Positions 41,207 through 51,832 of a DNA stretch of 64,000 nucleotides are shown here, one piece after another. Both the position numbers and the translations under genes were made by a program. Position 1 is the stretch's first letter; the number at the start of each line of letters is the position of its first letter. The stretch comes from an uncultured delta proteobacterium (GTDB lineage Bacteria > Myxococcota_A > Polyangia > Polyangiales > Polyangiaceae), in the NCBI GenBank assembly GCA_963850305.1, contig CAWKKR010000007.1:832001-896000 (forward strand), given 5' to 3'. The notes beneath the pieces are model-generated. The model did no database searches, was not told the DNA's origin, and saw only the letters and a list, made by a program, of their open reading frames with translations.

Positions 41207-43399
41207 TCAGAACAGCACGCCGAGGTACAGGCGGAGAATCTGGGCGGCGGAGACGTCGGCACCGCCGAGCGCGTTCTTTTCCGCCTCCTGGTATCCGAGT
41301 CCGGCGAGAGGGAAGAGCACGCCGTACTCGAGCATGGCGAAGAACCCGCCGGCGCGGCCCGGCTTGTCGTTCAGACCGCCGTCCTTCGATTGAAAATAGA
41401 GGCGACCGTCGAGTTCGATACCGAGATCGCGCGCGTGCCCCGGCGTCTGCACGAATTCACTCGCGCGCGTCCAGATCACGCCCGCGCCGCCGCCGAGGCG
41501 CTGGCCGCTCGGTTTGCGCATGAAGTCGTACTCGACGCTGGGTTTGAAGTAATAGGTGCCCTGAATCCGCTGCAAGAGGTTGCGGTTCAGGATGAGATCG
41601 ATCCGGTACGCCGGATTGAACCGGAACGTCGAGATGGTCTTGCTGTCCACCGGCTCCTGGCCTGCTGCCGAGGGCACGAGGTTGTTAGGGTTCTGGTCGA
41701 CATTGAACGCGCTCGAGTCACCCGACGCCCACCCGAAATTGAACCCGAGACGGAGCTTGTCCTCGACGAGCCGCTGCTCGAGTTCGGTGGCGACGCCGTA
41801 CTCGCGGATCGTCCGACCCGCGTTCAGGTAGCTTTCCGGCGTCGTGTGCGGCGTGTTGTCGTCGCTGTCGATGGACCCGAGGACCGCGGCGCCTTCGGCC
41901 TCGAAGCGGAAACCCTTGTAGCGAAGCTGGAGCCAGAGATCCGGCGTCCAGATATTCGCGTTCCGTCGAGCATAGCTGTCCGCTATTTCGGCGCTCGTCG
42001 CATTCGGCACGTTCCCGGCGTTGGTCGCCGTCGCCGAGGCTGCCTGATCGTCGGCGAGGAGCTGCTTTCGGAGCGTGAGGTAGCCGCCCGCGTTGACCAC
42101 GACCTCGTCGTGGGCGAGGGCATTTTTGACCAGTTCCGGGCTCATCTTGCGCATCACGAGCAGGGACCACTGATTCACGTCGTCCAGTTGGCCCGCGTCG
42201 TACGGCTGCCCCCCCGGAAAGGGTGACGTCACGATGTAGCCCTCGTCGGGGAAGTCCCACGAGCCGCCGATGTAGAGATCCAAGGGCTTGATCGACGTGA
42301 TGAACTGCAAGCGATCGATCGTGGACTGATAGTCGTCGTCGATGCCGTCGCCGGCGTTGTGCACCATGCCGAGACCGAACTGATCGGGCATGCGCCCGAA
42401 TCGCAACTCGCCCACGGGCGTCGTGTACTCGGCCCAGACGCGTTGCACCGCGATGCTATTCTGGAGCGAGTTCACGCCCGCGGTCGGAGGCACCGCCGTG
42501 TCCGCATTGACGCCGTTCAGGTAGTAGCCATTGGCGGCGTTGACCTGATATCCGCCGCCGGGCGCTGGTGCGTACGAATACCCGCCCGGTGTCGAGCCGA
42601 GCACGACGTTGTCGAGCAGATCGATCTGAGACACGATTCGCAGGTTGTCCGAGATGTGGAGCTCGGGATCGAGACGGAACCGCAGGTTCGCGCCCGCTTG
42701 CGTCTTGTTCTTGCACCCCTGGAGTGGATACGTCGTGCTCGCCGGGTTGTCGTGGCTGCCGTTGCCGCTCTCTTGTGGCGTGCAGAGGTCAGGTCCGACG
42801 CCGCCGCCGCTTTGCCCCGCGGAGCTTGTCACCGTGTAGGTGTTGTCGGTCGGCTGGGGCCAGATGACGCCGTCGGTGCGTCCGAGCGAGAAGTTGTGAA
42901 AGAGCTCGGCACGCGTCCTGAAGTACCCGTGGATCTCGAAGATCGGCCGCGTGTGAGACCACCAATCTTCGGCCAGGATCTCTTCGTTCGATTTGGTCGC
43001 AGTTGGGACCGGACTCGTCGGCGGGGCAGCTGATGCTGCCGAGCTTTGTGCGGGCCACAGGCCAATCGGTCCGAGGCCGCTTGGCGCGCCGGTCGCGGGC
43101 AAGCTCGGTTCGGGAGCCGCGCTCGGTTCGTTGATTGGCTCCGCCGGCGCGCCCGTGCGACCCGTCGTGACGGGTCCCGCCGCCGGCTGTGCCGGCGCCG
43201 CCGGGGCGCCCGTGTCGGGAGTGTCCTTCGTCGGGGGCACGGGCGCCTTTCCGTTCGGCGACGCGGGCGTGGCATCCTTCGCGGTAGCAGCCGCAGCAGG
43301 TGTTGTCGGCGCGTTGGCGTGTTGAGGCGCCTGCGCGAACGCCGGAGATGACCACACGAGCCCCGCGGCTGAGGCGGCGGCTAGCCAGACTTTTGACAT
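41207..43399 (-). CDS. Myxobacterial outer-membrane beta-barrel protein (TIGR04551-like)
   Basis: Signal peptide (AFA-Q), Pro/Ala linker, HGYFRTRAE, NLRFRLDPELHISDNLRI, GELRFGRMP, and a C-terminal Phe (LYLGVLF). Family name recalled, not searched. Confidence 0.75.
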   Translation of the reverse strand: MSKVWLAAASAAGLVWSSPAFAQAPQHANAPTTPAAAATAKDATPASPNGKAPVPPTKDTPDTGAPAAPAQPAAGPVTTGRTGAPAEPINEPSAAPEPSLPATGAPSGLGPIGLWPAQSSAASAAPPTSPVPTATKSNEEILAEDWWSHTRPIFEIHGYFRTRAELFHNFSLGRTDGVIWPQPTDNTYTVTSSAGQSGGGVGPDLCTPQESGNGSHDNPASTTYPLQGCKNKTQAGANLRFRLDPELHISDNLRIVSQIDLLDNVVLGSTPGGYSYAPAPGGGYQVNAANGYYLNGVNADTAVPPTAGVNSLQNSIAVQRVWAEYTTPVGELRFGRMPDQFGLGMVHNAGDGIDDDYQSTIDRLQFITSIKPLDLYIGGSWDFPDEGYIVTSPFPGGQPYDAGQLDDVNQWSLLVMRKMSPELVKNALAHDEVVVNAGGYLTLRKQLLADDQAASATATNAGNVPNATSAEIADSYARRNANIWTPDLWLQLRYKGFRFEAEGAAVLGSIDSDDNTPHTTPESYLNAGRTIREYGVATELEQRLVEDKLRLGFNFGWASGDSSAFNVDQNPNNLVPSAAGQEPVDSKTISTFRFNPAYRIDLILNRNLLQRIQGTYYFKPSVEYDFMRKPSGQRLGGGAGVIWTRASEFVQTPGHARDLGIELDGRLYFQSKDGGLNDKPGRAGGFFAMLEYGVLFPLAGLGYQEAEKNALGGADVSAAQILRLYLGVLF

Positions 43400-43443
43400 T
43401 TTTTCGCGGAACTCACGTGTGGGACGATCTCGGGCCGGCCGAG

Positions 43444-43472
43444 GTTTTGCACGCCGCGGGAAACAGTGTCAA
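43444..43472 (-). promoter_or_regulatory. Possible sigma70 promoter for the TIGR04551-like gene
   Basis: The minus strand reads TTGACA (43472-43467), a 17-nt spacer, then a weak -10 CAAAAC. Confidence 0.35.
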
Positions 43473-43692
43473 CGACGACCGTCGCCGTCCGCCGCGGAAC
43501 CGATGGAGGGCGCGTGAAGAGCGCGAGAGTGAGGAGCGCGAGGGGACCGAAAGGGCGACGGCGGCGCCTCTCGCAGGTTCTGTGCGTGATGGAGACCGAG
43601 AGAAGCCGCGCGTGGCGGATACCGTTGCGGAAAGGTTCCCTATTGTGCGATCCTACGCTGGGCTCCCCCTTGAGCCTCAGCGAGTGTTCGGC

Positions 43693-45318
43693 ATGAAGCA
43701 GTCAATGCGTCCGTCTGGGATCCTGGTGTCGGCAGCGGTTGGGCGCCACGAGCGGCGTCGCTCCGGAGTTCGGGGTATTCGACGCAGCCATTGGGGACTG
43801 CCCCTCGGTCTTGCCGGCCTTCTACTGGGGCCTTCGCTGCACGCGCAGCAAAAGGCGATAGACGGCGAGTTCTCGGTGCAACGGTTCGATCCGGCGCCCG
43901 GGCCCCGAAACTACTTCTCCACGGAAGGCGTGCGAACCGACGGAAAAATGGCGTGGAGCGTCGGTTTCGTTGCAAATTACGCGGCCGATCCGTTCGTCGT
44001 GGTGAGCTGCAAGACGAAGACCGACTGTTCGGACCCGAACGCCGTGCCCGGACACTCCTCGAACGTCGACGTCATCGACAAGATCATCACGGGCGATGTT
44101 CTCGCGTCCTTGACGCCCATCCCGCGGTTGCAGCTCGGCCTCAAGGTTCCCGTGTCCTACGTCCATGGTGACGGCCTCCAATCCACGGGAGTGCCGGTCG
44201 TCGGCGGGTTGAGCGGGGCGGGATTGGGCGACGCGGAGCTCGAGGCGAAGTTCCGAGCGTACGGTGAGGTAAAGGATCCGTTCGTCGTCGGCGTCGGCGC
44301 GTTTCTCACGGCGCCGCTCGGCCACGCGACGGCGGATGGCAAGTTCATCGGCGACGACACGCCGACCGCCGGGATCCGCGGGATCTTCGATGGCCGACAG
44401 GGGCCATTCTCGTTCGGGGGCAATCTCGCCGGCGTCTTTCGCGGCAGTGCGCGCGTCGGTTCGACGGATTTGGGCTCCGAGTTTCGTTACGGCATCGGCG
44501 CCGGCTTCGAGGCAAGTCCGGTGGTCCGCCTCATTCTCGACGGTTTCGGCGGGACGAAGTTCAGCTCGAGTAACGGAACGAACTCGATGGAGATCGACGG
44601 CGGCGGTGTCGTCACGCCGCTCCAGTCGGCGTTCGGGATCATGGTCGGCGGCGGTGCTGGAGTCATCTCGGGCGTCGGCGTTCCGACGTTTCGCGCGATC
44701 CTGGGGGTAACGTACACAGCGGACGTTCGCGACCGCGACGGCGATGGCATCCCGGACGACAAGGACAAATGCCCGACCGTCCCCGAGGACAAGGATGGCT
44801 TCGAAGATGCCGACGGCTGTCCCGATCCCGACAACGACGGGGACACGATCCTAGACAAGGACGACAAGTGTCCGAACCAGGCCGAAGACTTCGACGGGTT
44901 CCAGGATACCGACGGTTGTCCCGACCCGGACAACGACAAGGACGGCATTCCGGACGACAAAGATCAGTGTCCGAACAAGCCGGAAACCAAGAACGGATAC
45001 AAGGACGACGACGGTTGTCCCGACGAACCCGACAGGGACAACGACGGCGTTCCGGACTCGAGAGACAAGTGCCCGGATCAGCCCGAGGACACGGACGGCT
45101 TCCAGGACACGGACGGTTGCCCGGATCCTGACAACGACGGTGACGGCATCCCGGATGAGCAAGATGAGTGCGTCGACCAGCCCGAAACCGTGAACGGGTA
45201 CCAGGACCAGGACGGCTGCCCGGATACCGTGCCGGGTCAGAAAGCCGCGCCAGGGGCGGCGCCCGCCAAGAGCGAGCACAAGAAGACTCCGGCCGCGCCC
45301 CATCCTGCGACGAAGTAG
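43693..45318 (+). CDS. Outer-membrane beta-barrel protein with thrombospondin type-3 repeats and no OmpA C-terminal domain
   Basis: Signal ending LHA-QQ; barrel ending PTFRAILGVTY; five DxDxDGxxDxxDxCP...DGCPD units. Confidence 0.8.
   Translation: MKQSMRPSGILVSAAVGRHERRRSGVRGIRRSHWGLPLGLAGLLLGPSLHAQQKAIDGEFSVQRFDPAPGPRNYFSTEGVRTDGKMAWSVGFVANYAADPFVVVSCKTKTDCSDPNAVPGHSSNVDVIDKIITGDVLASLTPIPRLQLGLKVPVSYVHGDGLQSTGVPVVGGLSGAGLGDAELEAKFRAYGEVKDPFVVGVGAFLTAPLGHATADGKFIGDDTPTAGIRGIFDGRQGPFSFGGNLAGVFRGSARVGSTDLGSEFRYGIGAGFEASPVVRLILDGFGGTKFSSSNGTNSMEIDGGGVVTPLQSAFGIMVGGGAGVISGVGVPTFRAILGVTYTADVRDRDGDGIPDDKDKCPTVPEDKDGFEDADGCPDPDNDGDTILDKDDKCPNQAEDFDGFQDTDGCPDPDNDKDGIPDDKDQCPNKPETKNGYKDDDGCPDEPDRDNDGVPDSRDKCPDQPEDTDGFQDTDGCPDPDNDGDGIPDEQDECVDQPETVNGYQDQDGCPDTVPGQKAAPGAAPAKSEHKKTPAAPHPATK
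44731..45225 (+). repeat. Five tandem ~99-bp coding repeats (TSP3-like Ca-binding units)
   Basis: 33-34 aa units, e.g. DRDGDGIPDDKDKCPTVPEDKDGFEDADGCPDP. Confidence 0.9.
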
Positions 45319-45484
45319 CCTCGCTCGAGAGCATACGCCGGGCGCCGGGGCACACTACAGGTGGAAGTTTCCATGAGTGTGCGCCCGGGTGAGCGGTCGT
45401 GGGTCTCTTCCGCATGAATCAGCCGGACGGCCCGTCGAGCCGCATCGGAGGACTGGGAAACTCGCTAAGCTCACCGGTAACGGC

Positions 45485-46282
45485 ATGAGGCGGTTCATTC
45501 GCATGGCCTGTTGCGCGATCAGTCTCGTCGCGAGCGGTGTCGACGCGCAGGCCCAGCCGACTGCCGATTTGATTCAGAAGCTCGACCAGAGCGCGGATTT
45601 CCGCGTTCGGGTCCAGGCGGCGCTGGAGCTCGGCAAGACACATGGAACGTCGTCGCGTCGTGCGCTCGAATCGGCGCTCGACGACGAGAACGCGGCCGTT
45701 CGCGCGGCGGCTGCAGCCGGCCTGAAGGTGATGCGCGATCCCGAGGCGCTGCCCGCGCTTCGAAGGCACGAACACGACGGTTCCCCCGCCGTGCGCGCCC
45801 AGATCCACAGCTCGATCGCGGCTCTCGAAGGTTCCGACGATTCGACATCTTCTGGAAACGGATCGCGAACGCCCGACGTCATGGTCCAGGTCGGGAAGAT
45901 CCGCGGGGGCAACTCCACGACCTCTGGCGAGATGCTCGACGACATGGCGCGGACCTCGAAGCAAAAGCTGCGCGAGCTTCCGGGTGTGGGCATCTGCGAG
46001 GAGGGCAAGGAATCCCGGCGCGGCGTGCCAGTCGTCATGGTCACTGGCCGCGTGAAGCAGCTGGAGGAATCGCGGGAGGGCTCGAACGTCGTTTATATGG
46101 CGAGCATCGAGTTCGTCCTTCACAAGATGCCCGGTCAGACGATCAAAGGAGTCGTTTCCGGCAGCGCTCGCGCGAGCGGCTCCGTCGACGAACTCGCGGA
46201 CCTCCGGCGCAGCGCGATCGAAGCGGCGATCGACAGCGCCGTTCGTCGCGCGCCCGCGGCCCTGCGCGCGGCGGCGCAATAG
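45485..46282 (+). CDS. Secreted HEAT-repeat protein
   Basis: Signal peptide; FRVRVQAALELG, DENAAVRAAAAAGL and DGSPAVR repeats. Confidence 0.75.
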   Translation: MRRFIRMACCAISLVASGVDAQAQPTADLIQKLDQSADFRVRVQAALELGKTHGTSSRRALESALDDENAAVRAAAAAGLKVMRDPEALPALRRHEHDGSPAVRAQIHSSIAALEGSDDSTSSGNGSRTPDVMVQVGKIRGGNSTTSGEMLDDMARTSKQKLRELPGVGICEEGKESRRGVPVVMVTGRVKQLEESREGSNVVYMASIEFVLHKMPGQTIKGVVSGSARASGSVDELADLRRSAIEAAIDSAVRRAPAALRAAAQ

Positions 46283-46313
46283 CCCAGAAGCGAGTTATAA
46301 GCGGCGCTCGTAG

Positions 46314-47453
46314 ATGGTCGAAACGGCATCGGACGGTCCGCTGGTGCTTTTCGTCTCGAAGCCGATCGCGGCTCCCTTTCATGACGGGACGAAGTGCCTC
46401 GTTCGCGACGTCGCAGCGCACCTTCGCCGCCATCGCGTCCAGGTCATGACGACGCCCGGGACGACGGAACTCGGGGTCCCGCTCGTCCCGGACCACCCGG
46501 GCGTTCGCTTCGCCGCGGTGTACGCGACGAGCGGCTCGTTCACGCCCGCGATTTCCGCGAACTTGCGCGCGGCCGCGTGGCTCATCGCGCGCTCGCGCGC
46601 TCAGATCTGGCACTTCGCGTTCGCGCCGAACCCTCGAACCAGTGCGGTCGGTCGCCTCGCCAAATCGATCCGGCGCGTCAAGGTCGTCCAGACGGTGGCG
46701 TCGCCGCCGCGGCTCTTTTTACCCGAGATCTTCTTCGCCGACATCGTCGTCGCGCAGAGTCGCTGGACTCGCGATCGGATCGAGGAGGTGTTTCGGGCTG
46801 CTGCTCGCTCTGCACCGCGCGTCGAGGTGATTCCCCCGCCGGTGGGCCCTATCGCTCCGCGCAGCGCGGATCAGGTCGCGGAAGTACGAGCAGCGCTCGG
46901 CCTCGAGTCGGGTTCGCCGGTGTTTGTGTATCCGGGGGACCTCGAGGTGAGCCAAGGCGCCGAAACCGTCGCCCGTGCGATCCCCGAGATCGTGAACCGT
47001 CTCCCGCGAGCGGTCGTGGTCTTCGCATGCCGGTTCAAGACGGCCCGCGCTCCCGCCGTCAGGGCGGCGCTCGAGCGGAGACTGGACGCACGTCACGTCC
47101 GTTTCGTCGAGACCGTCGATATACCGGCGCTGCTACTCGCCAGCACGGGGGTGCTATTCCCGGTGGATGATCTCACTGGCAAGGTGGATTTGCCGATCGC
47201 CCTTCTCGAGGCAATGCGCCTGGGCGCGCCCATCGTGACCCTGGACGAAGGGCCGCTCCGCGACCTCGACGGCGTGCTGCGGGTTCCAGGCGCCGATCCA
47301 GCGGCGCTCGCGGCTGCGGCCGTCGGACTCGTCCGGGAACCGGAGGCTCGCGCTCGGCTCGCCGCCGAAGCGATGGACGTCGTGACACGGCGCTTCGACG
47401 TGTCCGTCGTTGCGGGGGCGTACGAGCGCCTTTACGACGAACTTCTCCGCTGA
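46314..47453 (+). CDS. GT-B family 4 glycosyltransferase
   Basis: C-terminal LPIALLEAMRLGAPIV and 'RRFDVSVVAGAYERLYDEL'. Confidence 0.8.
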   Translation: MVETASDGPLVLFVSKPIAAPFHDGTKCLVRDVAAHLRRHRVQVMTTPGTTELGVPLVPDHPGVRFAAVYATSGSFTPAISANLRAAAWLIARSRAQIWHFAFAPNPRTSAVGRLAKSIRRVKVVQTVASPPRLFLPEIFFADIVVAQSRWTRDRIEEVFRAAARSAPRVEVIPPPVGPIAPRSADQVAEVRAALGLESGSPVFVYPGDLEVSQGAETVARAIPEIVNRLPRAVVVFACRFKTARAPAVRAALERRLDARHVRFVETVDIPALLLASTGVLFPVDDLTGKVDLPIALLEAMRLGAPIVTLDEGPLRDLDGVLRVPGADPAALAAAAVGLVREPEARARLAAEAMDVVTRRFDVSVVAGAYERLYDELLR

Positions 47454-47504
47454 TCGGTCCTGGCCTCGCTGTCGACTCCCGGGTAGGCTCGTCCCTTCAA
47501 CGGT

Positions 47505-49034
47505 ATGGCAGATGACGTCTTCGGCATCGTCGGAACCGTCCAGGGCGGGGCGTTCCGCGTGGACCAGGTGGTCGCCGAGGGGGGATTTGCCGTCGTCTAT
47601 CGCGCGTACCACGGCGCGTTTCGATCCAGCGTCGCACTCAAGTGCCTGAAAATCCCTGGGGCTCTCTCGGACAGCGACCAAAAGGAGTTCCTCGAACAGT
47701 TCCGGGAAGAGGCCGAACTGTTGTTTCGGCTGTCCTCGGCCATTCCGAGCGTGGTGCGACCGCTTCACGTGGGCACTCTTGCGAACCCGAAGGGTCGGTT
47801 CGCGCCTTTCATCGCTCTCGAGTGGCTCGAAGGGCAAACGTTGAGCACGCTCATTTCGAATCGCGCCATCGCCGGCAAGCCGCCGCTGGATCTCGCGGCG
47901 GCCGTCAAACTGCTGACCCCGGCCGCAGATGCGCTCTGTCGCGCACACAAGTTTCCGACCGCGAAGGGGCCCGTCGCCATCGTGCACCGTGACATGAAGC
48001 CGGAGAACGTCTTCATCGTGAACATGCACGGCAAAGAAGTCGCGAAGATCTTGGACTTCGGCATCGCCAAGGTGAAGGCCCACACGACCCAGATGGTGGG
48101 CCGCCAGTCCGCGGGTGAGTCTCCCATGTCGGCGTTCACGCCTGCCTATGGCGCTCCGGAGCAATGGATCCCGAAGACCTACGGGCAGACGGGGCCCTGG
48201 ACGGACGTCTGGGGCTTGGCGCTGACCGTCGTCGAGACGTTATGCGGGCACGTCCCTATCGAAGGAGAGGTCGCGGCGATGATGGGATCGGCCCTCAATC
48301 CAGCGCGGCGGCCCACGCCTCGCGCGGAGGGGGTCGCCGTCACGGACGACGTGGAGGCGGTCTTCACGCAGGCACTGGCCGTCGATCCGCGCGAGCGCTT
48401 TCACGACGTCGGCGCATTCTGGAACGCGCTGTCCCTTGCCGCCGGTCTTCCGCCGATGATCGGCGACAGCTCGCCGAGCCTTCGGCCGGCATCCAGTGTC
48501 CCGGAAAGAACGCCGTCGCATCCGTCGACACCGGGCAACGCCGTTCCCGATCTCGTCGTCGGAGCGCCGCAAACACGAGCAGCGAGCGCACTCGAGGCGA
48601 AACCTCCGCGTCCCGCCCCGCCGGACCGGGCGTCGACGCCTCCCTCGTCGCGGCTCGCCGCGTCCGATCCGAACTCACTCTTCGGAGGAAGCGTGCTGGA
48701 AGCACCCACGGAAAGGGGACCCGAGATCCAGCTCCAGACCGGCGCCATGTACGCAAAAAAGCGCGTGGCGCACGAACACCAGCCCTTTCATCCGCCGGTT
48801 CAGCCCGTGAACCGCTCGTGGACCGGGGGCGCCGGCCGCCGCAAGCTCGGGCTGGAAGGTCCGATCAAGCTATTCGCGGTCGCCATCGTCCTGATGGCAG
48901 GTGATTACGTCTACGCTTCCATCACCGGAGAAGTGCCGCACCTGGGGCCGGCGCGCATGGTGTGGCTGGCAGGCCCAATTGCCGCGGCCGGCGTGTACCA
49001 GCTCTTTGCCCGGCTCCTCTCCGCCACCGAGTGA
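47505..49034 (+). CDS. Membrane-anchored Ser/Thr protein kinase
   Basis: EGGFAVVY, VALK, HRDMKPEN, KILDFG, YGAPEQ and DVWGL; two C-terminal TMs. Confidence 0.92.
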   Translation: MADDVFGIVGTVQGGAFRVDQVVAEGGFAVVYRAYHGAFRSSVALKCLKIPGALSDSDQKEFLEQFREEAELLFRLSSAIPSVVRPLHVGTLANPKGRFAPFIALEWLEGQTLSTLISNRAIAGKPPLDLAAAVKLLTPAADALCRAHKFPTAKGPVAIVHRDMKPENVFIVNMHGKEVAKILDFGIAKVKAHTTQMVGRQSAGESPMSAFTPAYGAPEQWIPKTYGQTGPWTDVWGLALTVVETLCGHVPIEGEVAAMMGSALNPARRPTPRAEGVAVTDDVEAVFTQALAVDPRERFHDVGAFWNALSLAAGLPPMIGDSSPSLRPASSVPERTPSHPSTPGNAVPDLVVGAPQTRAASALEAKPPRPAPPDRASTPPSSRLAASDPNSLFGGSVLEAPTERGPEIQLQTGAMYAKKRVAHEHQPFHPPVQPVNRSWTGGAGRRKLGLEGPIKLFAVAIVLMAGDYVYASITGEVPHLGPARMVWLAGPIAAAGVYQLFARLLSATE

Positions 49035-49145
49035 TCGGATTTGTCGCTCTTCCGCACGGGTTACCGCCCGGGAAGGGGAGCCTCACGCGGTTTGACGGTC
49101 TGAGGTGCCGCCGCCGCTCACTGCTGGTAGAGGAACCGCCCCGCG

Positions 49146-51819
49146 ATGAGCCGCACGTCAGCCCAGGTTCGAGAAGCATTCCTCCAGTATTTCGCCCGCA
49201 ACGGGCACGAGGTCGTGTCGAGTGGTCCGCTGGTGCCCCCGAACGACCCGTCGCTCCTCTTCGCGAACGCCGGGATGGTCCAGTTCAAAGACGTCTTCAC
49301 CGGCCGGGATCGCCGCCCCTACCGGCGCGCCACCTCGTCGCAGAAGTGCATCCGCATCAGCGGCAAGCACAACGATCTCGAAAACGTGGGCCCCTCGCCG
49401 CGGCACCACACCTTCTTCGAGATGCTCGGGAACTTCAGCTTCGGTGACTACTTCAAGGAAGAGGCGATCCTTTTCGCCTGGGAGTTCTTGACGAAGACCC
49501 TCGAGCTTCCGACGGACCGGCTCGTCTGCACGTACTTCGGCGGCGAGGCGGGCGTCCCGGCGGACGAGGCGGCGCGTGACCTCTGGAAGAAGGTCAGCGG
49601 CTTCAGCGACGATCGCATCGTCGGACTCGGGATGGCGGACAACTTCTGGCAGATGGGCGACACGGGTCCCTGCGGTCCGTCGAGCGAGATCCACTGGTTC
49701 AACGGTGGCCCCGCTGACCCGTCCACGTTCGGCATCGAGCAGACGCCCGACGGGCGAGGGTGGATGGAAATCTGGAACCTCGTGTTCATGCAGTTCGAGC
49801 GCGACGGAACTGGCAAGCTCAGATCCGCTGCCCGCGCCGAGCATCGACACGGGCGCGGGGCTCGAGCGGCTTGCGGGAGTCGTGCAGGGCAAGCTCAACA
49901 ATTACGATACTGACCTGCTGCACGCCCTGGTCGACGATGCGGCTCGCCTGTCGCGGAAGACGTATGGAGGTTCCATGTCGCCCGACGACGTGAGCATGCG
50001 CGTCATCGCCGACCACGCGCGCACGACGGCGTTCTTGATCGCGGAGGGCGTGCTGCCCGATCGGACCGGTCGCGAATACGTCCTGCGCCGCGTCATGCGA
50101 CGGGCCATCCGGCACGGGCACCGGCTCGGTATCGAGCGACCTTTCCTGCACGAAGTGGCGCGGACGGTGACCGAGATCATGGGCGATCAGTACCCCGACC
50201 TGCGCGAGCGTCGCGATCTGATCATGACCGTCTCGGAGCAGGAAGAGGTGCGCTTCCGCCAGACGATCGAGCGCGGGCTCGGGCTGCTGGACGAGCGGTT
50301 CGAAAAGCTCGCAGCGGCCGGCGAGAGGCTCTTGCCGGGTGCGGACGCGTTCCAGCTTTACGACACGTATGGCTTCCCGCTCGATCTGACGCAGGTCATT
50401 TGCGCCGAGCGGGGTTATGCCGTCGATGAGCGCGGCTACGACGAGGCGCTCGAGGTCGCGCGTCGGCGTTCCGAGTTCAAGGGCGTCGAGCAAGCCGTCG
50501 AGTCGGTCTATCGTGACGTGCTTTCCACGGTCGAGAACGGTGCAGTGCGTTTCACCGGGTACGATCGGGACGAGGAGACGTCGACGGTTGCCAGCATCGT
50601 CCGGGACGGCGTGTCCGTGTCGACCGCCACGGCGGGCGACGCCGTAGAGATCGTCGTTTCACGAACGCCATTCTACGGCGAGGCGGGTGGCCAGGTCGGC
50701 GATCACGGTCTCATCACGACCGACACGGGCTGCGTAGGCGTCGAAGACACGCAGAAGCCCGTCCCTGGACTCGTCGTACACCGGGGCCGAGTCCAGTCCG
50801 GCATCGTGGAGGTCCGGCAATCGGCGAAGCTCGCCGTCGACGCCAAGCGACGCGAGGCGACGCGGCGAAATCATTCCGCGACGCACCTCTTGCATCTCGC
50901 GCTGCGCGCCGTGCTCGGGGTTCATGTGCAGCAAAAAGGCTCTCTCGTGGGCCCCGATCGGCTCCGCTTCGATTTCACCCACGGCAAGGCGCTACTGGCG
51001 GAAGAGATCCGCGCCGTCGAGGATCACGTCAACCAGCGTATCCTCTCGAACGCGCCCGTAGAGACCGAGGTGCTAAGCATCGATGCCGCTCGCACTCGCG
51101 GCGCAATGATGATCTTCGAAGAGAAGTACGGCGACGTCGTGCGCATGCTGACGATCGCGGACTCCGTGGAGCTCTGCGGCGGCACTCACGCCCGGGCGAC
51201 GGGCGACATCGGGTTGTTCAAGATCGTGTCCGAGCAAGGGGTCGCCGCGGGCGTCCGGCGCATCCTCGCGACGACCGGTGAGAACTCGCTCGCTTATCTG
51301 CGCGATCTCGAGGAGCGGATGGAGCGCGCGGCGCGGGCCGCGAAGTCGACCGGAGGGGACCTCGCGGAGAAGATCGAAAAGCTGGTCCTTCACGAGCGCA
51401 CGCTCGAGAAGCAAATCGAGGACCTCCAGCGCAAGCTGCTCACGGGCGGCGGCGCCGGCGGTATCGACGATCTCCTCCGTCGTGCCCGCGATGTGAACGG
51501 CATCAAGGTGCTCGGCGCTCGAACGGAGGTGACGGATCGCGGCGCTCTGCGGGAATTTGCCGAGCAGCTCCGCGACAAGCTCGGCGACGCCATCGTCGTC
51601 GTCGGTTCCGTCGCCGAGGACAAGGCACAGCTCGTTCTCACCGTGTCGAAGGCGCTCACCGGGCGCTACAAGGCCGGCGAGCTCATCCGCGGGCTTGCAG
51701 CCATCGTCGGCGGCTCGGGCGGCGGGCGCCCGGACATGGCGCAAGCCGGGGGCACCGACCCCACCAAGCTCGACGAGGCCCTCGATTCCATTTACTCGAG
51801 CGTCCAGGGGTTGCGGTGA
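49146..51819 (+). CDS. alaS: Alanine--tRNA ligase (frameshift at about 49821)
   Basis: [30 protein letters not shown] and [10 protein letters not shown]; then [24 protein letters not shown] and [11 protein letters not shown] in the next frame. Confidence 0.96.
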
Positions 51820-51832
51820 AGGGGGTGCGTGC

